From: Vitrella brassicaformis CCMP3155
Lineage: Eukaryota; Protista; Chromerida
NCBI GenBank assembly: GCA_001179505.1
Contig: CDMY01000007.1
Span: 124,001 to 188,000, forward strand
DNA: 64,000 bases
Direction of reading: 5' to 3'
Under the pieces are notes generated by a model, which did no database searches, was not told the DNA's origin, and worked only from the letters and a program-made list of their open reading frames with translations. Both the position numbers and the translations under genes were made by a program. Position 1 is the stretch's first letter. Every line of letters starts with the position of its first letter. Below are positions 36,101 through 48,300 of the stretch, piece after piece.

Positions 36101-37970
36101 CTGGCCACATAGTTCGGAGAGAACAAATACAAAAAGAGGCGGGCTGCATTGTGGATTGACTTATTGAAGGCTTACGAGGAAGATGAGGACTGAATTCGAC
36201 TTGAGGCCGACGAATGCTGAGAGCCTGAAGTTGCCTTCGGTGTAGGTATTCATCGCGTGTAGCGCATAGGTAATGCTGGTGATGACGCTCATGATGATGG
36301 CCATGCCTCGTTTGTTTAGCCAGACAAAGATGACGATCAGCAAAGCGTGAACAGCCATGATTGTGCCGAGCGACAAATATATCCAGGCTTGCAACGCTGG
36401 CGCCTGCAGAAGCACAAGAAGGATGCTTTGCCTGTGCACCTCTTCCTCTGCGTACCTCTGACGCTGTCGTGAGGTCCCAGCCGCTGTAGAGCACAAACCT
36501 GCGTATTGCCGCGCACAGTACCTCGATGTATCCATCTGTCGCTGTAGCGGACTGACCTGTAGTGCTGGGCTGTCAGCGTGATCGTCTCAACCGTCAGAAA
36601 GGAAAGCCAGAACAAGCGACCAGCTGTCCCAAATGAGCGTTGCACTTTCAGATAGGAAGCGACGCAGAAGCGCTTGAAGGAGTCGAATGCCGATTTTAGT
36701 GTTGCGATTGAGAAAAACAACGGGGCCTTATTGTGGGTGGCTGACGTGTGAGACGAGATCGATTTGGCGATCTGTCTCCTTCTAAACTGCTTAGCGAGAC
36801 GCCTCCTGTGCTGCGGTGTCACCAGTGAGAAGAGACGAAGAAGACATGCTGTATGGAGTGTGAATTACACAAGCAAGCGGAGCCGGCTCAAATCACCTGA
36901 TTCCACTTTTTGAAGTTCCTACACACACCACGTCAGAATAATAGGTGACAACTGGTCTTCACGTCCCTCAAATCTCTTCTCACCAGTGTTTCATGGTACG
37001 TCTCCAACCAAGCGTATGCTGCAAAACAAGCATACACAACAGCACACACTGACTTAATATGGGCCTTCTTGTCTCCTACAGAGCAAATGAGACAGATGCC
37101 TTGCAGCAGTACCACAAAGAACACACACAATTGCCACTTCATTCGTTGAGTCATCCCTGTGCGATCCTTTTGCTTACTCGCTAGAACAATCAGTCCCCAA
37201 ATCAGAGTGAATGTTCCCCTTCGAGGGGATTTATTCTCGCGGCGATTGACAAGGCGAACCTCATCGTCGCTAACGCGGGAATTGGCCTCGAGAAATGCTT
37301 CAAAGGATGGGTACAACAGCCGACCTGCGACAGCAATGAGGAAGGAAGGAGAAGGATGCATCTCATTGGTGTCTTTCTATTGTTTCCCATAAAGCACCTT
37401 CTTCGTCTTGAAGAGTAGACTCCAAAGACACGAGATTCTCTCCATAGCCGTGGCACAACGCCAGCACGCCAATCATGGCAATGATCAGCCAGAGCATGAC
37501 GTTAACGAGTGTGATCACGTCACCCATCTTCACCCGTGTCTCATACCTGCACAACACACAAACACCATCTCCTCCCTGGCGTCTCCTTGGCGGCCCTTGC
37601 TCTCACTCATCTGCCGGCGCTGCCAGCTCGCTGCCCCTCAGGTGGGTCAATATGAGGTCGTCCACCTTGTCAGACGTTGGGGCAGCCTGAAACAAAAAAA
37701 TCAGTCAATAAAGCCAAAGCAAGTCACGATTGACATTGACGGAGGTTGATCCGACGTCGTTACCGCTAGTGTGGGCCGTCGGCTTGCGTGGACGGATGTT
37801 GCCTCGTCGGCAGCACAAGCGACGGCGGATGGGGAGCGCGAGCGGCTCGAAGCGTCACCATTCTCTTCCTGCTGTTTCTCCTCATCGTTTTCTGAGCTCT
37901 CGGCGACGGGCGTGAGGGGTGATGGGGTGATGTGCACTTCAGGAGAACCCTCCTCGATGACGTTCTCCAT
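33067..37970 (-). CDS. Multi-pass membrane protein (about 7-8 TM) with a long disordered loop and C-terminal leucine-rich repeats
   Basis: Hydrophobic exons include VITLVNVMLWLIIAMIGVLALC, WQLCVFFVVLLQGICLIC, WIYLSLGTIMAVHALLIVIFVWL and LSIIWCILCWSVWIFSIC. A Ser/Glu/Arg-rich loop spans 34.6-36.0 kb. LRR exons read KAIIWHRTGVTELPPEW and AANKIEKIPDCVGRMTHLRELDLRGNALKSIPY (33551-33649), capped by LRLSQTPVC. The 3' end is uncertain. Confidence 0.7.
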
Positions 37971-40900
37971 CGCTCACGATGACCTCTCAACCGAAATCCC
38001 CTGCGAAGGATTCCCAGGGGAGATCACAGCTCAGGAACCCTTCGTGGACGCGTGGGCGACAGGGGGCCAACGCTGGCCGTATGCCAGGAAACATATCTGG
38101 GCAATATATATGGACGTTTGCTTCAATTGCAGCACTTTCAGAGAGGTAGTGAGCGTCGGGCATGCATGCAAACAGGCAACACACACTCCACATATCATGA
38201 CACGTCTATCCGTCCGTCCGTCACATATACCCATTACCTAGTGAAAACGTCACATACACTCACTCACTGATCCACTCACTCACCATCGGGCAGCTAGGGG
38301 CCGGCCATTGACGCATCTCCATCGGCCGATACACGCACACTTACTTGACGTATCTGGGCGCCACCAACGAAGGCAGCACACATCCGTCCATCCACCCGGC
38401 CGGCCACCCATGAATGAATGAATGCAGCACGCAGTAAGGACTCTTGTACGTATTGAAGGGAAATATTACGATGCACGCAGATAGGCAGGAAGGGGCACAC
38501 GGACCGAAGACGTGAGTGCGATGACACACACATACACACAGACACGTACACGTGTGCCTACGTGGTTCATTCACGAGGGACACCAAAACGTACGTAGGCA
38601 GCCGAGTGAGTGAGTCAGCCAGCCAGGGAGGAGTAGAGTAGACAAGTACATTTCTGCAGGGCGGGCAATCATAGTGAGTGGGTGGCTGGGTGGGGGGAGG
38701 CAGGGAGGGGCCGAGGGACCGAGGGAGGGAAGGTGCCATGAAATACACTATAGGTACGCAGATCCGGCAACCGCGCGGTACACCCACCCACCTACCTCGC
38801 TGGCCCAATTCTCCTCTCCCTCCCCTCTCCTCTGCCTCTGACCAGCCCCAGGCCAGCACCGCATCCCATCCGCACCAAACACCCAAAAAAATCACCGTAG
38901 GCAGGCAAGACAAGTGTGAAAAAGTATGAAGTATGCAGGCTTGCCAAGGCAGGTTCATACGTGGGATCGGTTGCGCCTCCCCACCTCGCTCGACCGTTCG
39001 CTCATGGCCGCCCTGCCCTCCCCCAGTTGTCATGGTGGAGCACATGACAAAAAGGATAACAGGAAATGTTTGCATTCATTGCTCGCTTTAAAGTGCGTGT
39101 GGACGGAAAAAAGGGCTGCAAAATCTACATACCACTAACGGGGTTGGGGCAACGGGTGGGTAGCGTGACTGACTGACAACGTGAGAGCAGCGCGCAAGAG
39201 AGGAAAAGAAGAGAGCTGGCGAGGCGTACGCGGCCATTCACGTATTCGCGACGTGTGTGTGAATCAATCCTGCCTTCACCTGTGCAAACACAACCAAGAC
39301 GGCAGCGAGGTGAGGCGAGAGAGAGAGAGAGGTGACAGCGTGGGACGACGAGAAGGCGGGCAGTGGTGGATTCGACAAGAGGCAGGAGGGCACGAAGGAT
39401 CGAGCGATAAATAGCCAGCCATGCACCTTAAAAAATGACTGCGCACCGAATCGCGTCGCTCCCCAAGCCCCCGACCACCCGCCCTTTTCTCTCCCCCGCC
39501 CCTGTGTTGTGTGTATGGTGTGTGTATGTCGAGAGCACAGCTCACAGCATGACAAAATTGCTGTCGCGCACGCTTGTATAAGCACCGGACCCCTCGATCC
39601 TCCCTCCCTCCCCCTCTGTAAAACGAGTGCATGCCCCGGCCCCGTTTCTGGGTTGTGTGGTTGTGTGAGTGAGTCACGGACTACGAACCAGCAGAACATG
39701 GCGGAGTGTGGCTGCATGTATGTGTCGTGTCTGGCTGAGTGGACGGATGGATGGATGGATGGGGGTGGGGGGCATGCAGTGGCGTTGAGACGTGTGTGCG
39801 CAGGCAGCCAGGCAGCCAGGCAGGCAGGCAGGACACACACAAGGGTAGCGAGTAGTGAGTGAGTGCCACGTATTCTAGAAAGTCACCATCACCGGTACGC
39901 AGGCCGGCAGGGAGGCAGATGGGATGTGTGCTGACCGTACTGTACACTCGCAGCCCGCCCCGCCCCGCCCCCGCCCCGCCCCATGCATCCATCCATCCGC
40001 CACTCATTACATCACATCACATGACATCACATCACATGACGTCGCATCGCATTCACCGACACGAGCGACACAACACACGGCCGGCCATGCGGCGGATCGA
40101 TCTCGATCGATTCGAGTGAGTATACCCTTAAATGCACAAACAGCCAGCCAGCCAGCAGCAACCCACGTGTTAGGTACACAGATTCACACGTAAAGAAATA
40201 CAAAAGCAGGAAGGCACAAGTGGGGGAGTAGTGAGTCAGTGAGGGAAGCGAGAAAGGAACGTGTGGGTGTGTAATGCCTGGATGGATGGATGTGTGTGTG
40301 TGTGTGTGGGCGGTGTGTATGGGTGTGTGTATTCCTGAATCGACGCACCTTGAGCACCGAAAAGGAGAGAGCGAGTAGGAAGGCAAGCAGACAAGACAGC
40401 CATGCAAGCAGGCAGACGTGCTCCGTACGCAACAACAAACGCACCTGCAGGAGCATTGTACAAAATGCCAAAGGAGCGACAATCCCAACCACCCTCCCTC
40501 CCACACACGAGACGGCCTTCTCTTCCTTCCTTCCTCCCCTCCCCAGCCCCATTCCTTCCAAACCGGCCTTACAAAACACTCATAATCCGTCCGTCATTAC
40601 AGCTTGCATTCACCGGCCGACAGAGAGACAGAGAGACAGGCAGACAGACAGACAGACAAGGCAGCCTACGGACATGTCTGTCTGCCAGGCCGCTCGTCGC
40701 ACCAAATAAACTTGCAGCGAACCCACCCAATCACTCACTCAGTCGGACCCTTTACCGCCCCACAGCACACACCAACAGCCCGCCCGCCCACCCACCACCG
40801 GCCCTTCTTACCCATAATTCGTCCCAGCACAGCGGCAGCCAGCAGCGTCGACCGAGGGAGGCCGGCCGTCCATCCAGCCAGCAATCGACACACTCAAGCA

Positions 40901-41289
40901 TGCACGTGTGTATGTGTGTATGTGTGTATGTGTGTATGTATTTCCGTACTGGTTGCTTGGTCTAGTAAGTGAGACAGACGTAGCCCCTGACTGACCCCCA
41001 CCCCCGATAAGCGAACAGGCGAGACCAAGAGAGGCAGGCGAGAGCGAGCTGACTCTCTCCCGCCACACTACGCAAGGAAAGAAGGAAGGGCAACAGTGTG
41101 TGTATGCGTGTGTGTGTATGTTAGTGTAAACATGACTGACACACGTGACATAGACAGGCAGGCAGGCAGGCAGGCAGACAGAGAGGCAGGCAGGCAGCCA
41201 CCCCATGCGGCTCCAGCCATGACATGACGGCTAGAGCCCCGCGGGCAGACAGACAAAAAAGGCCCCCCTGTCTGTCGTGTCCCACATGC

Positions 41290-42996
41290 TCACTGTCTGG
41301 TGTCGTATGAGTTGACGTGGTGTGTGTCCTGCATGGATGGCACGTCGCTCCTCGTGTCGGTGCCGCCGCCCACTGTGGTGTTGGCCCCCCCTGTTGAGAC
41401 GTTCTCGGGGTCGCCCGTGCCCTCGGCGTTGATGGAGGCCGCCGTGATCTGCACGCGGTCGGGGTCCTCGTCTTTGCACCACCTGACCCTCCGGCCCTCG
41501 GCCCACTCGCCCACACGCCTCTCGCCCTTGGCTGCACATGTTGAACAGGGAGAGGAAAACGTGACGGCCGCTCTCGTGTGTCCTCTTGTCCATTTCATAT
41601 GTACCTGTGGTGTAGATCCCTCTCCCGTGCTGCTTGCCGTTGCGCCATCCCCCCACATACTTGCGGCCATCCGGCCATGTGAATGTACCCTGAACAGGCA
41701 GGCAGGCAGGCAGGCAACATAAGAGAGGAAGGTGGTCGCACTGGCCGTGACTGCGTGTGTCATGTCATTGGTTGCTTACGATTCCCTCCTTTTGGTCGTT
41801 TTCGTACTGTCCCGAGTAGGATCTGCCGTCGGCCCACGTGAAGGTGCCCTCGCCGTGCATGCGGTTCTTCTTCCACTGGCCGTCGTACTTGCGACCGTCA
41901 GACCACTTGTACACGCCCCTACCCTCAATGTCGTTGTCGTAGAAGCCGCCGTCATACACAGAACCCTAAGGGACACAACCCCCACACCAACACACAGAGG
42001 AGGGACGGATGGTCGATTGCTGGGTGTCGTGTGCGTGTGTGTGTTTTGCTCACGTCTGCCCATGAGAAGGTGCCCTCTCCGTGTTTCCTTCCGTGCGAGT
42101 ACTGCCCCTGGTACTTGGCGCCGTCTGGCCACTCCTCAACGCCTCTCCCGTGCTGCTTGTCCGATTGCCACTGACCCTCGTACCTAGGGAGGCGACACAT
42201 CAGTCAGCAATACAATACAGGTGTGTTGTGTACATGAATGACATACTTGGATCCGTCTGCGTGTTGGTAGAGCCCGTATCCGTGTGCCTTGTCTTCAAAC
42301 CACTCCCCCTCATACACGTCACCATCAACTGAGCGATTTAACCATCAGACCAGACCCACCAAACAACGGCAGGCAGGGAGAGGTCGGGTCGGCTGTGGGA
42401 ACGTTTTCTACCTACTTGTGTGCCCTGCCTGCGTGTGAGTTACCCACCGTGAACGAATTTGCCGTGTCCCTGTGCCTTGTCGTTGGCCCACTGCCCTTCG
42501 TACATGGCCCCGTCAGCCCACGTCTGGACACCAAAACCATCACGAAGGTCACCCTGAATGAAGCAACCACACGACACACACACACACACGGAGAGAGAGA
42601 GAAGCAGTCACGCATGGCGTGTGGGTGCGTGTATCGGCACCACATTTGGGTCAGCGAGCCACTGTCCCTTGTAGACGGCCCCGTTGTCGAAGGTCATCTC
42701 CTTGAACACCCGCGGGCCGCTCGTGCCGTGGGTGGCGCTGCCCACCGGCGTGTGATTGCCACTCAACGGACCTCCATTCAGCCGACCAGACATCAGTGCG
42801 CCGTCGGCCCCTCGAGCCGACTTCATCGCCTCAACCTGACGAAAACACCACCCACAGACACACATTCAACAGATCATCTCAGACAAGAGCGCGTGTGTGT
42901 GTGCGCTGTGGTTGTCTTGACTTTGCGCACCTCGGGGTGGACGGGCTCATCGACGAGGTCCCCCGCGAGGCCTCGCGGACACGCGCAGTTCCCCAT
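41290..42996 (-). CDS. MORN-repeat protein with a putative N-acylated N-terminus
   Basis: Starts MGNCACPRG. About nine MORN repeats (YKGQW; [18 protein letters not shown]; [14 protein letters not shown]; [21 protein letters not shown]; [21 protein letters not shown]; [14 protein letters not shown]; GEWAEGRR). Confidence 0.93.
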
Positions 42997-43364
42997 GCCT
43001 TGGCCTCGCTCCCCAACGCAACAAAAGACACCACGCGCCCTGCTGACGCGAGCGAGGCTGCTGCACCAGCAGTAACCAGCCGCCGAGGGGGCAACTCACC
43101 TCCCGCCGCACGACCGTCTCTTTGAGCCGTGGTCAACTCGCCTCGTCCCTCTCCGGCAGCCCCAGGGGAAACAACCTCCGATTTGCCTGCAGATCGGGGG
43201 CCCTGATTTGAAGATCAGCGTACCCGCCAGCCTGATGTGACTTAGGAAGCCTGGCTCGGCCTGCCTCGCGCTGAAATTCCCTTGCCAAAGATGCGAGCTA
43301 GAGGCTCGCAGATCTTCATAACTCAAAGGGAAAGCCTTGGAGAGCCAGTTGAGGCAACAGCGTC

Positions 43365-44964
43365 ATGCTGAGACCGTCTCATCGTCAGACTGGCAAGGAC
43401 AGCAGAATGAGTTTCACCGAGACGGACCCTCTTATTGCACGGCAAGAGGTGGGCAGTGATGCTCAGCTGAAGGCGAAAGAGCCGAGAGTGTGGCTGTTGC
43501 ACCGCCCTCTGCCCTACTACCATGAGCCGAGGCCATCGGAGGAGAGAGGCCCTTTCGGGCTGCCGTCGCTCGCTGCAATGGAAGGCTTCTTGTCCTGTCT
43601 GCTCTACTTCTTGGTCTCGCTGAGCATTACTCTGTTCAACAAGACCGTCTTGTCAACGTACCATTTCAGGTGACAAAGCGAGGAGAACACACGGCAAGGC
43701 AATGAACCACTGGTGGCGATTATATTGTGTCTGTCTGTCTGTCTGTGTTGATTGTGGGTCAGATTCGTGACTGTCCTATTGCTAGTGCAGACGCTTGTGA
43801 CGGTTGGTATCGTGCTAGTCGCGAGAGCGATTCACGTCGTCGACTACCCTCAACTGACGCTGAGGAGAGCGTGGCAGCTCATGCCTCTCTCCGTGTTCAA
43901 CCTCGGCCGCATTCTCACCTCGCTTGGCTCACTCTCGCATCTCAACGTGCCCACAAACAGTGCCATCCTACGGTGGGCCGGGCAGGGGAGTTCACGCGGG
44001 TTGTGCCGCTTGGTAGATGGATGCACTGCTGGCTTGTTCGGGTGTGCAGCTCTGGGACACTCGTCGTGGTGGTGGCGGAGTGGTGCTGGTTCGGGTGGAT
44101 CCCATCAACACTCATCTTCATGTCTGTCGTCATGCAAGTGATTGGCGCTGGACTTGCTTCATGGTATGACCTTCACTTTGTCGCCATCGGGTGCGCCCTT
44201 GCGATGGGCTGCAACTTCTTCGCTGCCGGTACGTGACGAGCAGGCCATAGACGCACACGGCGACTTGGGTGTTTGTCTGTCTGTGTCCTTCTCAGGTTAT
44301 CAAGTACAAATGAAGGCCGACCTGACGTCCCAAGCGGGCAGAAGAGAGAACATCATCAGCTTGCTCATGTACCAGTCGCTCTTATCCCTTCCACCACTCT
44401 TCGTCTGGTCACTCGTCGGAGGCGATTTGCTCCATGCCTGGCGGTTTGGGCCTCTCTGGACCGACGCTGGCTTTCAGCTGTGCCTCTTCTCCTCCTCGAC
44501 GCTTGCAGCCCTACTCAACTTCAGCAACATGCTCGCATGTCGGTACACGAGCCCCCTGTCTGTCACCGTCACCAGCAACCTGAAGTCCATCGCTGCCGAC
44601 GTCTTGGGCGTGTTTCTGTTCCCTGATGTCACCCTCAGTGTCGGGTACGTTCAAAGATACATACAACAAATAGACAGAGTCCATTTAAATTACACGTGTT
44701 GACGTACGTGTCTCACACACTTGACATATGTCCACACGCGCCGGCAGGTATGTGGCCGGTGTTTTTCTTTCTGCCGGCGGCGCCTTCTGGTTCGGTCTCA
44801 TCAAGACAATGGAAAGCAAGAGGGCAAACACAAAAAGGGCAGAAGACAGCAGCGATAGGAGGCAGAGCAGCGCCGACACAAACGTGGAGGACTCGTCTGT
44901 GTCCGGGGAGTGTGAGAGCACGGCGAGAGAAAAGGACGCCATGAACAGCCAACAAGGGGGATAG
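43365..44964 (+). CDS. Nucleotide-sugar transporter, SLC35D/TPT-like family, 5 exons
   Basis: LLYFLVSLSITLFNKTVLSTYHF; LGSLSHLNVPTNSAILR; IGAGLASWYDLHF; LNFSNMLACRYTSPLSVTVTSNLKSI. About 9-10 hydrophobic segments. Confidence 0.85.
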
Positions 44965-45319
44965 ACAGCCGAGGCAGGAGAGAGAGAGAGAAAGTCAAGG
45001 CATGAGCAAGACACTCAGACAGCCCTCCGCCCAAGGGGATGCGAGAAGAAAAACGGGCGGAAACACAAAGAGAGACGATGGGGATATATATGGAATAGTC
45101 AGGGCGTCCGACGGCTATGTGCATACCATGGATTCTTGTGTACATTGATGTCAAAATACGTGTGTGTACACAACAAAGAAGGGTCACAGAAAATGTTGGG
45201 CATACTGGAGGGCACATTCACATTCACGTCGACATGGACAAAACCTCCTGTCAGCTCGTCAGCCGACAGGAGACACTGCATTCACAAATCTGCGATGAGA
45301 AACCACCCGTCATTCCCCC

Positions 45320-48300
45320 TCACTGCTCCCTGCGCATCCCTGCAGGCGCAGTCGCATCGGCATCATGGCCAAACCCAGCCCCCATCCCCAACCCGCGTCC
45401 TTGCTCAGCTTCCACATCCGACTGCTCCAAGTAAACCATCCCTCCGTCATTCAGGCGGCGTTCGCCCGAGTGCCGCTGCTCCTGGTACCGTGTGAACTGG
45501 CTGGCCTCGCCCAACAAAACGTTGGAAATGCCCTCACACACGGAGGCGGCGAAGTTAAGCGATCCGAAAATGGGCGAGATGGCACAGCGGAAGACACACC
45601 AGACGAGCAGCAAGAAGGCAATTGTATGGCCCTCGCCACTGAGCAAGGAGCGAACGACACACGAGGGTCAGCATGTCGTCGGGCAATGCACGTTGTATTG
45701 TGTCTCCACCTGTATATCGCATCGAGTGGCCACTGGATCAAGTCCTTCCATGGCGTGACTAAGGTGTCCCGAACAAAACCGCTGAGGCCCTTCCACAGGC
45801 CGTCCAGGAAGCCGTCGGCACGCGGTCGTGACCCGCCCAACATCTTGTGAAGAGCATTGAAGAAGGTGAACAAACTCTGGAACACACCGCCGATAACGTG
45901 AGTGGTGAACCTGGGACAGAGACAGCAGAGACAGAGGGTGGGGTGAAGCGAGGGTATCCCAAGTCTCCGTTACTTGTAGAATCCATTGTTGAGGCCCCCA
46001 ATGACGCTGTCGACGCATTCCATGGAGCAATTCGGGTGTGCTCGCCACGCCACGTACGGCTCGACAAATAGTGCGATCACCCCATCAATCAGGCCCTTCA
46101 CCACAGCCAAGAACGATCCAAATCCCACGGTGGGCAGCGAATTGCGGACCATCTGACCAGCGGTGACATAGAGATTTTCAAAAGACGCTGCTTTAGGGGT
46201 TCTGTTTACCTGCTGGAAGTAGGCATTGCTCAGTTTCTGCGAGATGACCCCCCACGGCGCCACGACATGGAACCTCCTCTCCTGTCTGAAATAGATGGCC
46301 ATGTTGGGCGTGTCCACCGGCAACGCGTCCAGCAATTGCAGAATTTGCCATGCCGACCCTGTGAATCCCTCCCCGGGCCCAGACCCCCCACCCATCGCCT
46401 GCAGATGGTGACGTGCGGCTTTCGATGCCCCAACACCCAAAGTGGGGCTGTGGGCAGGCATCCCGGCCCCTTTTTCTGCCAGCTGTTTCGCCCGTCCTCT
46501 CCCGGTCGGTAGCGTGTCAGCTGCTTTCTTGACCGTTCGCGCAATGGCTGCACCTGAGGCCTTGACTGCGTTGCCCTTGGCGGAACGGGTGGAAGTAAGC
46601 AGCCGCCTGTCGGAGGAGCGGATGGTGCACCGCACTTGGATTGAATGAATCTGCAGTTCCTTGACGTAGACCGGACGAGAGTAGGCCTGACCGATCTCTA
46701 GGCGCCTGCACGAGTACGACACGCCAGACATAGATACTCTCCTGCCTGTTCGAAAGCGCCGCTTACTTGGGCCTTGGCATGGCGATCATCTGGCCCATGA
46801 CGACAGTGACGTCATCAAAAGCCCTCGACGCAGGACACCGCAGTGGCACCCCTCCCATGGGGCCCTTGGCCTCCCTCCTTTCGTCGCGACGAAAGGACAG
46901 GGACGTCGTCTCGCTTGTCGGACTCGTGCCAGGCTTTGGCAGAGACGTTGTACTGAATGCCGGCAAGATGGTGTCTGGTGTGGGGGGTTGCTGAAGGGAT
47001 GGAACAGTGTCAGTGTCGGCGACTGCGGTGTAGTCCAGCAGTTGCCGTGTCTCCCGCTGCATGAGGGACAAGAGGTGCATTACCACACCCATCTCGACAT
47101 TCAGACCGAAAGGGGCGATCTGGACCTCCACATTCTCATATGTGGGTGCCCTCGTTGCATCCACGAGCTCTTTCTTGAAGCGCAAGAAAAAGAAATGGCT
47201 GGCTTCATTGACTCTCTGCCGCCAAGCCAGCAGAACGGGGATCTCGTTAGGCAACTGACGGTGCAATATCACGGGCAAGTCCCCAGGCACAAAGTGGTCC
47301 AGATGGAGATTCGAGAAGGAAAACTCCAACTCAAGCGAGTCGCCCCGGATGCCAGGTGGGGAAGGGGAGGGACCCCGGGGCGCCTCGCTTGGTGCTGACG
47401 GAAGCGGAGGTAGGGTGAGACGCTTCACTGTTGAGCGACCGGCGGATGTGATCAGGGTGAAAGAGAGAGACATGTCCTGAATGTGGGCTGTCAAGACCTG
47501 TGTGGCAGAAAGAAAATGTACATAGCATGAAGGACTCTCAAACGATGTCTTTTTGTCTGGCGCACTTCTTCGTGCTGATGTATCCAGGCCACAGTGACCT
47601 TCGACACCTTGACCGAGCCCATCAACTTGTGCGCCCTTTGTCTCCCCATTGTCTCCTTGTCATCATCATCTTGGTCAACATGATTGGCGCCGACCGCTTT
47701 CTGTCTGTCTCTGATACACTCGGCAGCCTCTTTTGTCTCGGTCACTGTCAGCACTCGAGTGCCCTTGGCGTCAACCGTCAAAGCCACATACAGCTTTCCT
47801 TTGCGGCGCTTCTGAGCGCGTGACGGAAAGAGGTCGCGAGAGCCTGACCATTGAATATGAGGAACGAAGCGCTGGGCTGCTGCGGGCCGAGAGGGGGCAA
47901 AGCGGCTCGACCGCTCTTGCAGCGAGCCTTGAGTGGCAAGTTGCTTGACTTGCGGGGACCCATCAGCAGCTGTCACGCCGTTATCTGGCCTGTCGTCCGT
48001 CAGAGTAGAGCTGCTGAGGTGTGTTCGTCTCGTGGACATCCATCCAGGCCCCGGAGCCCCGGCGGTAGCGGGGCTGGCGACAGGCGACAGTTCGTCCGGG
48101 CCTGCCTCTTCCTCCGTGTCGTCCTTCATGAGCGAGCCACTCCGGTTTGTCAAAGCGTCCTCGCCATGCAGGCCTTGCGGGTAGATCAAATCCGAGGCGG
48201 CATGCTGTGGCCGCGCTGCAGACCCTGCCCCCCTCCTCTGCATGCGCTTGGCACTCGGCAGGTCAAAGTCCAGGATAGAGACATGCTCCTCGACGGTGAC

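Noticed and set aside
38290-41280. Many 60-240-aa ORFs between the TM-LRR and MORN genes
   Set aside because: They translate microsatellite runs (CVCV, THTH, ACLP) and show no coding codon pattern.
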